The notes under the pieces were generated by a model. That model made no database searches and was not told the DNA's origin. It saw nothing but the letters and a program-made list of their open reading frames with translations. The position numbers and the translations under genes were made by a program. A stretch of 64,000 bases of DNA, from positions 1 through 64,000 of the forward strand of contig RBZT01000146.1 in NCBI GenBank assembly GCA_003693705.1. Reading direction: 5' to 3'. Shown one piece after another: positions 1 to 11,845 of the stretch. Origin of the DNA: Polymyxa betae A26-41. Taxonomy: Eukaryota; Protista; Endomyxa: Phytomyxea. Each line of letters opens with the position of its first letter. Positions within the stretch are counted from its first letter, which is position 1.

Positions 1-240
1 GCACATGATAACGAAAGTTATCAAGTTGAAAACCTCAAGGAATGTCGTTTAAATGCAGACACAAACCAACCAAAAGTATTAGTAGAATGGAGAGGTTTTT
101 CATCTGAAGAAGACTCGTGGGAGCCACTGAAGACACTATATGAAGATATTCCTGTGAGAGTAGAAAAGTATGTACAAAAATTAAAGTCAGAAGGCCATAA
201 ATTGGCTGATGAAGCATCTGGATTTTTGAAATCCAATTGA
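1..240 (+). mobile_element. C-terminal chromodomain, probably the 3' end of a Ty3/Gypsy chromovirus pol (5'-truncated by window edge)
   Basis: Frame +1 from base 1 (absent from ORF track) reads AHDNESYQVENLKECRLNADTNQPKVLVEWRGFSSEEDSWEPLKTLYEDIP...KSN*. YxVE...LVxWxG...DSWEP is the chromodomain signature; it sits in TE-rich context. Confidence 0.75.
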
Positions 241-425
241 AAGTCAATAAATATATTCATGCTTTTATCCCAATGGATTTTAATGCGAATTATTTATTTA
301 GAATGAGTAAAGAATGGATAGAATAATGAGGTCCAGAAAAGTTGAAGATAGATGAACTAATCTCAGAAGAACCTTTTTACATGAAGAATATAGAAAGAAG
401 ATGATGGCTAGCCGAAGACAGAAGA

Positions 426-513
426 CAGATGGATGTAGACAGACGATCAGATGGATGTAGACAGACGATCAGATGACTGTAGACAGATGATCAGATGATG
501 ATAGACAAATGAT
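426..513 (+). repeat. 22-bp minisatellite, 4 copies (CAGATGGATGTAGACAGACGAT)
   Basis: Two identical copies at 426-447 and 448-469, two diverged copies at 470-491 and 492-513. Confidence 0.9.
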
Positions 514-584
514 TAATTAGATGACAGAAGACATATGACAAAAAATTGAAATCAAATGACTGACGATAGAGATACTTTTTGACC

Positions 585-607
585 AAACCCTAAAACCCTA
601 CAACCCT
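585..607 (+). repeat. Interstitial telomere-like repeat AAACCCTAAAACCCTACAACCCT
   Basis: Three CCCTA-type units read directly. Confidence 0.6.
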
Positions 608-638
608 GACAGTGATATACAGGTTTTCGAGACTAGAC

Positions 639-1620
639 CAGGCCTCCTTAATTTTGGTATTTACCAAATTTAATAAAAATAAGCTAATTTTGGTACATTT
701 ATGGACCTTATTTTGTTTAATTTTGGCATTTCTGTAATGATCAAGGTTGTGCTATCTAAGCAACACGAAAAAGCCGAAATCCGTTTATTTCAGTTGTTAG
801 AGCTGATCAAACTGTTTAGCCTTCAAAACGCCTTCTAGTGAGATGTCTGATAATGACTCTCGATTCTCATTCTTCTCCCATCCCAAGACGGAAAAGTCGG
901 ATTCGACAGAAGAAGTATTCGGAAATACTGTAAACAAGGCCCCGGCAAACGACCGAAGTGTCGAGAATCGTCCATCAAGAGCGTTAATATTCCAGTGTTT
1001 CTCGAACGAATCACCGTCGCCACACTGCTGAATTGCCTGTTGAAATGCAGTGTCATTTTCGTAAGCCTTAAACAATTCCGTTTGCTCAGAGGTGATTCGA
1101 TGTAAAACCGTCGCGAAGCGTTCTCGGTATCTCACAAGCAGCGGACCGAAATCTCTGCCCCGTAACTTGGACAGGAAACTTGGAAACAGCGAAGGGAAAT
1201 CATCTTCGATCGGGCGATTTCCTGCGTCCCGCATCGTACAAATACGACTGACGCCATCTACGAACCCAGCGATTAGTTGTCCAACCTCTCTTTTCACCAA
1301 CAGCTGGTTGTCTTCAGACAAAGTTTCGACTATGTCATGAATCCACAGTCCTTGGTCATCCAAGAAGCCGGTGATAGATTCATATGATATTGTCCAATCT
1401 CCAAAGACTCGTTATCAAGCTTTGTTTCCAACTGCTCATGCGTCAATGGACCTTCCACTTCAGTCATCCTCTTTATGCGGTCAAGCATGCTGCAAATTTC
1501 CATTCTCTGCTGGGTCATCAACAGACTGAATTTTGCCTCGATCTGAAGCTTGAATTCGAAGAATTGCTACACCAGTTCGCTCTGGGCATAGAACCGTGAT
1601 CTTCCGACTTCGGATTCCGA
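639..1620 (-). mobile_element. Degenerate hAT-like DNA transposon (C-terminal dimerisation domain plus subterminal repeats)
   Basis: ORF 797-1363 ends LRSFAGALFTVFPNTSSVESDFSVLGWEKNENRESLSDISLEGVL (hATC-like). A frameshifted upstream piece lies at 1330-1521. TAATTTTGG(T/C)A repeats occur at 649, 685 and 718, with an inverted copy near 662. Confidence 0.7.
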
Positions 1621-1911
1621 TGTCTCGGGGGCATCTCCTTATTTGATAATTACACAGTAATAAAATGACAGACGGCATGGATCTAAGCTAGCGTCACTTA
1701 GAGGGTGGTTCAAGTAAAAAAAGTTAGTGTTTTCAGTCTCAGTGTTTTTGATCAGACGACTGCACGCAATCGGTATAATCGTTATACCGACAAAAGATCA
1801 GAATATTGGAAACACTAAGAATCTTCAGTCACACTCGGCCGCTGAGATACCGACGATATTCGCTGATTAAACCGACCCTTTATTTACAATTTCTTGTGTT
1901 TGCAATTGAAT

Positions 1912-3197
1912 ATGGAGTCCTTCAACGATGCCGAGGATCGCGTGATATTGGCTGCTGCACAAACATTGTTCGAGATGATAGTAGCTGTAGCCGGTGATGA
2001 TGGAAGACGCCATCGACGTCCTAGACAGATTGAAAAGGCAACCGTTCGCAACAACACTTGGGAAAATGTCGAAGCAGGGCCCAACGACGGATGGTATCGC
2101 GCGAATCTACAGGTGAATCGGGCGACGTTCAACCAAATTGTGGAAATGATCGAAGATTACGCCATTAGCGCTGAAATCCAAATGCCTGCTGCTAACGCTT
2201 ACGTTGATCTACGAAAGCAAGTTGCAATGACGCTGAAGTATCTTGCTCAAGAATCAGGATTTCAAGACACGGCAACAATCTTTGGGGTTGTAAGTAAAGC
2301 AACGACGATAAGGGCGATCAATAGAATTTTAGACATTTTGTATACTCTATCTCCTTCGGTCATCAGGTATAGGTTTAATTCCGAGTTTTAATCGTCTTTG
2401 AATAAAATCCATAGTTTTCCTAAAACCGAAGAAAAATGGAAAGAGATAATGGAAGGATTCTACCAAACGGAGAATTACCCTGGAGTCGTTGGGGTGGTTG
2501 ATGGCTCTCTTTTTGCAATTGAAAGGCCAACTGATTACGAAGGGTGCGTACTTTATTCGATGTTAAACACAAATCGTTCTTATGATCTTTTTCAGGTGGA
2601 TATGCAGGAAAGGGTTTGCTGCAGTTAATATGCAAGCGACGGTAGATCATAATGCCAAATTTATGGAATACTCTCTGCGACCAGGTTCGTCCAGTGACAA
2701 AAATCTCTGGTCGAAGTCCAGTCTAGGAAAGAATATCCAATCGATTCTTCCGCCTACAACGCATCTATTAGGAGATGCCGGATACACGATTTCGGAATAT
2801 TTGATGATTCCGTATCCCATCACCAACGACATGTCGGAGTCCGACAGACAGTACAATAGCTACCACTCAAGAACTCGCATTACTGTAGAGCGAGCATTCG
2901 GATTGTTGAAAGGTAGATGGCGCATTTTGAAAAAGAAACCAGTGAGTCAGCCACGCTAAGCTTATTATATCTTCATGCATGAAGCTACCATTGTGCCGGA
3001 ATATGGTCATGGTATGCACTGAATAGTCCCTCACTCCATTGCTGAAATGCACTAGCTCGAAGACACCATACAAAAGCACGAAAAATAATCAAAGTTGTTT
3101 AAACGGATCTTTGCAGAGAAACTAGTTTTTACGAGAGTGTTTGGCTCGAAAAACTGTAAAACGACGGTTTTGGCCTTGGTCGTTGCCAAGCGCACTC
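1912..3197 (+). mobile_element. PIF/Harbinger element: DDE transposase with two introns, 3'-damaged, and a Tourist-like right end
   Basis: Spliced product contains GVVGVVDGS, HLLGDAGY and YNSYHSRTRITVERAFGLLKGRWRIL (Harbinger DDE). Introns restore VIS|FPKT and YEG|WICRKG. There is a premature stop at 2959. A candidate terminus GCCAAGCGCACTC|TAA lies at 3185-3200. Confidence 0.85.
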
Positions 3198-3352
3198 TAA
3201 CATTCAAAAAAACTTCTTAAATAAAAAAGATTGTGAAGGCCGGTATTTGAAACCAAATGAAGACTTTGTGGATAGATGACATAGCACGATACTTTATGAA
3301 TTACTGGAAAAAAATTATAGAGGACGTATAGGTAACCCAAGGGCCAACGACT

Positions 3353-5440
3353 TCAAGGATTTTTTGATGATCTGTATAAAGCCTGATAAGCAGCTGCAGT
3401 AAATAAATATGCTGGTCCTGTCTTAGCCAATGCTGGTAAAATGCCTTTATAAAGACCTTGTAATCCCTCACGCTGAACTATAGTATTGGCAATATGTGAC
3501 ATAGAGCGTAATGGTTGCTTTTGTAATAATCCTATCTGCATACATCGTGATATAGTACGAGCTGGATATGTTGCTATCAAACTTGTCATAAAACTTAATA
3601 ATCCACCTAATTCGGGTCGAAATATTTGTGTCAGATGTGGCTCAGTCAATAAATGCATTGATATAAATGTTGTAGCGCCCTAAAACCAATACAGTAAGTA
3701 GCATGGGATGGCATGCAATATGGGACATACGAGGACATGGGGCAGTACACCCCGGGACAGGCCCGGTATAAGTCCATGGATCCGGACAGAGTTCCATAGG
3801 TAGCGAGAGATGCCGCCGGGCGCCGTACTGGCCGCCATCTGGGTCTGAGCAACATCTAACGGATAGGTAATGAGTGTTGCGAGTCCGGTGGCCATGATTA
3901 GAGAGGAATACTGTCCCTGAGTGAGATGGTCATGATTACAGGTTATGAACTGGATATATGCATAAGGTAATAAGCGAGCTGTTAAGACAGATAATAAGAG
4001 CGGTATTACAGATCATTTGTTATATACACATGACATACCTAGATTAGCTGAATGTCCTTTATATAACTGTTTAGTTATATTATGAGAGTTTCCATTAACC
4101 TGCTGTCTAATCTGTAATGTCTCTATAGGTCCAATTACAGTACGTCCAATAGCAGTAGCAATGAATGCAGGTATTAGATTTGGATATTGACAGTGACGAT
4201 CTTGATTTCGACATGTAAATAATAGACCAATTGATTCAAATCCAGGTAATAATGATACAGCCCAATACATATCAGATGTATGGTCAGCATGTACAGATAC
4301 TTTTCTATGTCCATCATCTATATAATATGCAGTACCATATCGAAATTGGGCCAGTAGCCAATCTAGAATAGGTACAGAATGATTATGATGTGTGGACTTA
4401 GTCTCTGGCCTGATTTTCAACTCAATACATGTTGTGAATAATGGCTGACCATTGCGACATATTTGTACCAACTGCTGATTCATACCCAAATAGAACATTA
4501 AATAACGATCATGAACTGAGACATGATCATTACGAACTCGATCTATATTGATATTGGCCTGTGCTTCCATACTCTCAATATATTCGTTAGCCATTAATTC
4601 CTCATCTCGACTACGACAATATGCAATAAGATTCTGTATGAAGGCCAGATTCAGCTGTTCATGCCCTAATAAGATATCACTCTCATCTAATAATGGAGAG
4701 ATGCCCATCTTCAATATAGTAGATATAACAGCTTGAGCTCGTGATAGATCATCATTGAAATGATTAGGTTTAGATACAGGTAGACTAGATGAAGAAATAC
4801 ATTTCAATAACATGAGATATAAACGACCATCTTGCAGGTCTGTACTGAAATTTGTCATTCGAACTGATGTCGCTGACAATCTATCATTAACCCAGTTAAT
4901 AACCAACTGCTTATGTTCATCTAATGATTGCTTCTGTCTTGGAGATCGGTTTAATCCAGTACGTATTCGTAATTGTCGATCTAGAAGTTGCCATAGTAGA
5001 CCTAGAACTAGACTGACATGATGTCTGGCATCAATTAGATCCTTATCTCCAATATTGACCACAACTAATCCCATATTGACAGCTGCATCAATATATAAAC
5101 GCTGATTGGCCTGCATTTCGAATGTGTTCAATGGCCTTCCTTTCATCTTTGTACTGATAATCTTATGTAATGGAATACTATCAGGTGCAATTGATCTAAT
5201 AAATGCACAGTGAAGAACACCATCACATACTTTATCCAGTAGATCAATATCATCAATGCGAATAGGTAATAAATCAGCAACTAGGTCATCATGTGCTAAC
5301 TCATGGTTCAAATGTCGTGCTAGACCTTTAATCTCAGCAGAGACCAGATCCTGTTTCTGGGGTTTATCAGACTTTGGAGAACCAGAGACTAGTTTCTGTT
5401 CTAACTCGGTAATTAGACCGACATGGTCAGATAACGACAT
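3353..5440 (-). CDS. Fusion protein: fimbrin-like tandem CH actin-binding domain + unknown linker + mitochondrial carrier (SLC25) domain; 3 exons, 658 aa
   Basis: Exons 5440-4039, 3978-3731 and 3679-3353 total 1977 nt, with GT-AG introns of 60 and 51 nt. CH motifs: DGVLHCAFI, VVNIGDKDL...LVLGLLWQL, NFSTDLQDG. Carrier repeats: PIETLQIRQQ...LYKGHSANLARLLPYAYIQF; YPLDVAQTQM; YPARTISRCMQ...REGLQGLYKGILPALAKTGP. Confidence 0.85.
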
Positions 5441-5585
5441 CTCTCTATCACCAAGATATCACAGCACGAGTCGTTGTGAAAGACCGATATTTTGTAAGTA
5501 CCTATTGTATATGATATCTACTGAAATCATAGATGGATACCATGAATACATAAATAGATATATTGATTAGATAATAGATCAATAC

Positions 5586-8500
5586 CTACATAACAATTAG
5601 CTGTAATATATAATATAATAGATCAGATAACCTATTAGGAATATGCTCATGAAATAGAGGTATGTGCTTATCATTAGATCCAATAGCTAATATTGGATAT
5701 CGTTCATGGAATGTGAGACAGTTGACATTGGCAATACGTTGACCCAAAAATCCATCATAATGTCGTATGGTGTTCAATACTGTACCGCTCAATGTTCCAA
5801 TCTAAGACAAATTAATTTCCTGAATATAACTTCAATATAGATTACAACATTGATGGATTGCTTCACAGATGCGCCTGCATACAGATTTCCACATTCACTG
5901 ATAGCGAATGTTCTCCATCGATCCGATTTCGAGCCAGATTTTGAGCCCTAAACACAATCAATGATTGTGATGGAGATAAACGATAGAACCTGAAATGAAT
6001 GCAAGATTTTGGTTGGTATACGGAGATCTGAGATATGAATAAAACCTCGATCTGAGCATGATACTAATAATGGAGATGATGTATGATGTTGACTATATAC
6101 GCCAATAATATCATCATCATGAACACATAGTGACTGAATCTGTTCATTTGCAATTAGATTCCGAGCAACAGTACCAATATCGGTCAAGAATTACGGCATG
6201 CTGGCCCAGGCGAACATCATTGAGCTGAACGTGACGGTCATCATGTGCCGTAAAGACGATATTATCACCATCCGAGCACAAAGATCGAATCCCGTCTCCG
6301 ATCATCTCACAGAAGCAAAGCTCATGGTTTAGATCCCAAACCTAAGTGGATCAGTATTATGAGCGCTGCAATCTTGTTCATTGGCATACGGTTATGATAC
6401 CTTAATCGGACTGGATCTGGACCCAGATATCAGTCTCAACTGATTGTGTTGCCACTCGGTAAATAGATAATCATGATGAGAAGCATTCATTGTCGGATAC
6501 GCGACAAAGGCCGATCGCATCATGATATCGTCTGGTGCCATACTGGACCAAATTCGAATAGAACCTGAGACCTAAATTAGAGCAAGCAGTAGAGTTTGAA
6601 TTGGATCAATACCATCATTAGATGCTGCTGATATCAGCGAACTGTGCCTTGGATTAATCAACACCAATGAAGTGATCTCTGATTCTGAGAAACAATCAGC
6701 ATAAAGAAAGAAAGCGAGGTAGAGAGAGACCAGACCTGGTTCGTTGCCATTATTAAAGATAGGACCGGTGTGCATAGAGTTGTAATTAAAAAGACAAATA
6801 CGACTGGAATCGGTTGCAAACAGGACAGGTTCGTACGGATGCAGTTTCATGTTGGTCGTCGTATCGAACGGAGATGTCAACAAAGCAATCTGTGTCAGGT
6901 TCAATCAGGAATATAATTCCAGCAGCAGAAATTTGGGGCCCGAACGCAATGGTTCAAATCACCAGCTTTATCGATTTTTAATGCTTCGTTATCGATTCGA
7001 TCATACCGATGTTGACGGGCGAAACGACTGCACTGGGATAGATCACCTGCGATATGAAACTTTTGATGTTTGATGCAATAGCTCGGTAACAATTAGATAC
7101 ATGATAGATACGACATCTCATCATCAGCACCATACAAACGAGATCGTTGATCTGAAGATCGACGAATCAAGTCAGAAGAAAACTATCGAATTAAGCTTAG
7201 CTGTTAATGAGAAAGCATAAAGAAATCAGATTCGGTATACCTGGAATAATGAGGACTGAAACAGATCTGCACTGGGTTCATGATACGACCAGGTCTCATT
7301 TTTCTGTATTTGATATGAGCAGAATCCGGCAAACAATAATATTGAAATGGTGTTACGTCATTTGATCTGCCTGATACAACTTGACATAATCTTAACACAA
7401 ACCTGTCATCAAATAGTGGTTAACAGGAATTCAATTCCTACCTTTGAGCTAATTGTGATACAGCAGAAGCAGGATCCTGACATGCGCATTTCAAAACGTT
7501 CATTAGAAATATTCGTTCCACTGTAGAATGAGTTAAACACACACAGGTCAATAATCGCAAGTGATTGCAAGTTGTACTTTGAAGTTCGTCGTCAGTGTCA
7601 TCTTGTTCCTGGGACTTCATGAAGGCATCCTGGTAACGGGAAGAAGGATCAGTACGGCAGAGAAATATGATCCCAATACCCATTACAAGCTGATCTTGGA
7701 TGAGAGCAGCGATGCAATGTATAAGCTGCACTCGCACTAGAACACAGATATCTTTAACTAATACAGAGAGTTTCTTCACCATTTCAATATTCACAGATAT
7801 CAACTATATTCAGAATAAGCCTAACAGGCAAATCTGATCTCAACCAATCATCAAACATCAACTTGTAACGATTTGTGAAAAATCAAAGCTGAAAATAGGA
7901 AAGAGATGAAATACGAAAGAGCAGTACGTGGCGATCAGAGATAGGATTGGGATCATGTCTTGATAGAAACATAGTAATAGCATAAAGAGCTGAAGCTCGG
8001 GTCTAACACAATATGTAAGTGTCACTTATTGATATAGTTAAGAGAGACATTAAATGGATATTTACCAATGGAAGTTGATCATTTAGTGCAATATCTATCA
8101 CCATATGAACAGCAGTCATACCATAGAGTTCATTAAAGATAAGGCCTAACTGCCTTCCATTACTATTAGATCTCCATACATTGCCCAGACACATCAATGC
8201 CATATGTCGAGCTAATGGACTCTCTGATTCGGATCCCGACAACTTATTCAGTAATAATCCGAACCCATTCGCCGATAGAATTGCCATCTGGCCTAAAATA
8301 ATTCGCTCGTTAATCAGTGCTTGACAACTTGAGACAATCGCATCTGACCCGGATGATAATTATCAGCAATAGCAGCCAGAACGAACAGAGCCAACGATCT
8401 TTGTAATGGTGATGATGATTGTGATGATGCTGCAGATATGAAATATAAATGATATTGATCCTTCACCAGCTCACGTTGACACGACTAATAGAAAAACAGC

Positions 8501-10598
8501 AATCAGCTTCACAATATTTGCCAGAGGTTGATCAGCGAAATTGACAGCGGAACACGAAATATGGAAATAGTTACCTGATCCAGGGCGATAATCTTGGCCC
8601 AAATAAAAACCAAGACGTTCCTTAACTCATGTGTTGGACTCTGTAATAACTTAAGTATGTATGGAAATATGCCAACAGAGAGAGCCTATAACATGATTAG
8701 AAAGAGATATGAATAATACGAAGAGAATATGAGACCTGATTAACAGCCCATGGTCCCATATCAATAAATTTAGCCAATAACTGCAGAGCTCGTAATCGAT
8801 GCGTCTGACTCAATAGTACCTAGAACTCACTATATCATTACATCGCTCAAAGCTGTCCTATGGTCCATTCCAGACCTGCAGTACGACCGGTAATTGCAAT
8901 GGCCGTTTCGATTCGGATCCGAGATCAAGCCAGATTTCGAACGCTGCCAATTGATCGGTAAAGAACGAACTGGACTAAATCGGATATTAAGAGCGTTATT
9001 GCAGCGAGAAGTGGAACCAAATTAGACCTGAAACGTGAATTGTTCGGGATCTTGAAGGTATCGACGTGTTTGTATACAGGCCCAATCAGCAATAAGATCC
9101 CATTGTTGCCACATACAATGTTGTGATGTCTCAGGTAGAGATGGTTGAGATATGGGATGACAGCCGAACTCTTGCATTAAACGACAAGCTAACAGATAAT
9201 TACGGAACTGAGACGCCACTAAAAGATCTTGACGAAATAATCGTTGAAATAAAGCGCAAGGTAATGATGACCAGGCGATGGCTGCTCAAATTACAATCAG
9301 AGCCACAAACGACGTTAAACAGCAGTGTACGAACTATCAGTGACGGCTGTAAAAATCCAGTTTAATTCGCCAATTGGAGTTTTACGATCGTTCGGTTGTC
9401 CAGGAATTTGATCAATCTGCGAATATTTAAGTAAGTAGAATGACTACCAAGAAAGCTTTACAACGCATACTTGCTCAAAAGTGATTTGACGTAAGAACGG
9501 TGGTGTAGTGAAGAGAAACCATCGTAATGCCATCTGTATCTATAGACAGTCGATAATAAATGTGATTGCAAAGTCATAAGCACAGAAGAAAGAAACAAAA
9601 TAACGATGTCAAACGAAGGAAACACAATTATGGAATGACGAATACAGGCGTAGTAAGACATGAAGTGAAGACATCAGCAACACCAAGATCCGGATTCATA
9701 GGGATGTATTCCCCAGCTGAACCTATCATAAACATCTGTAACAGGTAGAAATAATTAATCAGTATGATTACAAGCTGCTAAAATAATGGTGTCATTCTGT
9801 AATGAAGATTCGGTCTCAGCTCGTTGATGTTCATAAGAAGCGAATGCAGCCGGTATCATACCAGCATTATTGCAATCAAATACGTAGATAGTAGGAGATT
9901 GTAACCATGATACAAGTTCGTATACAGAGAGAGGAACGTATTGTGTGTAGTTCTTGTTAAATAGCCAGATTTCACCATTATCAGTAGGACGAGGGACCCC
10001 ATGACCATTATAATGGAACAGAATACGTTCACCTTTCGATGAACGACGTAATGAGATACAGAGCTTCCGTATATCATCGACTGTCTGATCTAAACTGGTT
10101 ACATAACGAGCTCGTGGCTGCCATCTTTCATATTGCTGTTGTAATCTGAGGCCAATCTGCACGAAATTTCAATGAACCAGCATTTGATTTTTAAAGTTAT
10201 AAAAAATATATATATTTGTAGCCGACAAAGTTGGCAGTATCAATGTTCTAAATATAAAATCAAAGGAAAGAAGACAAGTGAATTATGAACCGTTGCAAGA
10301 GCCTTAGTAGCAGGTAATGATTTCGGGTCAATCCAGCATTGAAGTGTAGCAGTTGGATGTGATCGAAATTGATCAGGTGGATCTACTCCTATATTTAAAC
10401 ACATAATCAGCGCTACACTAACAGTTCTCATCTGCATAGCCGTTCTTCATTAATGCCAATCTAAATTTCAGAAAGTCAACGTACGCGCCCTTTCATTCTC
10501 CAATCGATAACCGAGCTCTGATCAAATTCATATAGGCCAGCAGCGAATAGATCATGATTGGCAGTGAAGGCAATGGCTTGACTGCCATCCTGGGTCAT
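5586..10598 (-). CDS. RPTOR: Raptor/KOG1 (TORC1 subunit), multi-exon
   Basis: N-terminus DWRMKGR|[20 protein letters not shown]; [35 protein letters not shown]; [10 protein letters not shown]; C-terminal WD40 region [19 protein letters not shown]. Confidence 0.95.
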
Positions 10599-10904
10599 TG
10601 CCCTGATATAGTCGGAAATCACAGCACTATTAATCCCGCATCAACACTACGTACAATGATAAACATCCTCCCGCCCTTCCTTACCTATACGATTTAGATT
10701 GCAAATTCAGCTTTACAATGTTCTGAAGTTTTTTAGTCGTTCTTACAAGCTCAGAACCTCATATTTTCTTTTGGAATCATCGCCCCCACATACAAGTTTA
10801 AAAGTAATAAGCTTTGAAAGTGAGTGATAATATTTTTTAGATTGTTGACATTCGACACAGCTATAATGAGTGTGTATTGTATACTGTGTAATATTTGGGA
10901 CAGG

Positions 10905-11810
10905 ATGATCGAAAACTCAGATAGGCCTTATACAAGTCCATAATGATTGATTGAAGGACGAGGTATTGGATCTTACTCATTCCTATACTGAAAGTCAATG
11001 ACCTATTTATCAATGTGTAACATTATATCTGTACATACTGTAGTATTGCTCTAATAATGTTCAGCATTTTACTGTGAATATTTGACAGGACCACGGCATA
11101 CACATATGATAGATATATTAATGGGGTCTGAGATTATTATTGATATACGACATCTATCCAGTCCTTGTTGTCTTCTATCAGCATTCCTAACACATACTAT
11201 CAAGAACGATCTTAACCCAGATCTTTATCAACTTGTTTGGCAGCGTAATCATGCTGTTGTCCCTCTCCATTGCCAAACTCAGATCCTCGATGACCGGGCC
11301 ATTCTTCGACCTAAACGTAATAAATTGTCAAGCATCCAGTATTAACATTATTCAGTGGCTAATAGCTGTAACTTCAATTCGATTACGTCAGTGCCGGTTT
11401 GCTTTGCAATGTCAGGGGAAGAAAATCGAAACCGTTTACAGCACAAGGCAAACGTTCTGGTAAAATAATACGAACCATCAACACCTGTTTCTATGAATTA
11501 ATGTGAATATTAGGGATATTCTTTTATCCAATGATATTGCCTATCAGATAATCGAGGGTGATGTTCAGATTGCTGATGTTAGAATTGATGGTGGAACACA
11601 TATTTCTGATCCCTATCTTCTAATGCATACCACTCTGGTCTAAATATTGCTCATCAATGAACAATATATCTATTAATCGTTTGTTTTCAGGAAGCGATTG
11701 GATTGGGCATGATATCAAGCATTAAGCTTCATGTCAACTTCGTGCCGTCCACCTTATCTGTGGGAATTTGCTGCAACTGGTTATGTTCTGGCTTTAGCTT
11801 CGTTTAGGAG
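10905..11810 (+). CDS. Hypothetical multi-exon protein (boundaries uncertain)
   Basis: Short open segments bounded by GT-AG sites, e.g. DIAYQIIEGDVQIADVRIDGGTHISDPYLL. No recognisable domain. Confidence 0.3.
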
Positions 11811-11845
11811 CAATATCTACAAGATACGTACAGAAAGGCAGCAGA

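Noticed and set aside
426-513. Direct repeats as a CRISPR array
   Set aside because: Head-to-tail units with no spacers, eukaryotic context and no cas genes.
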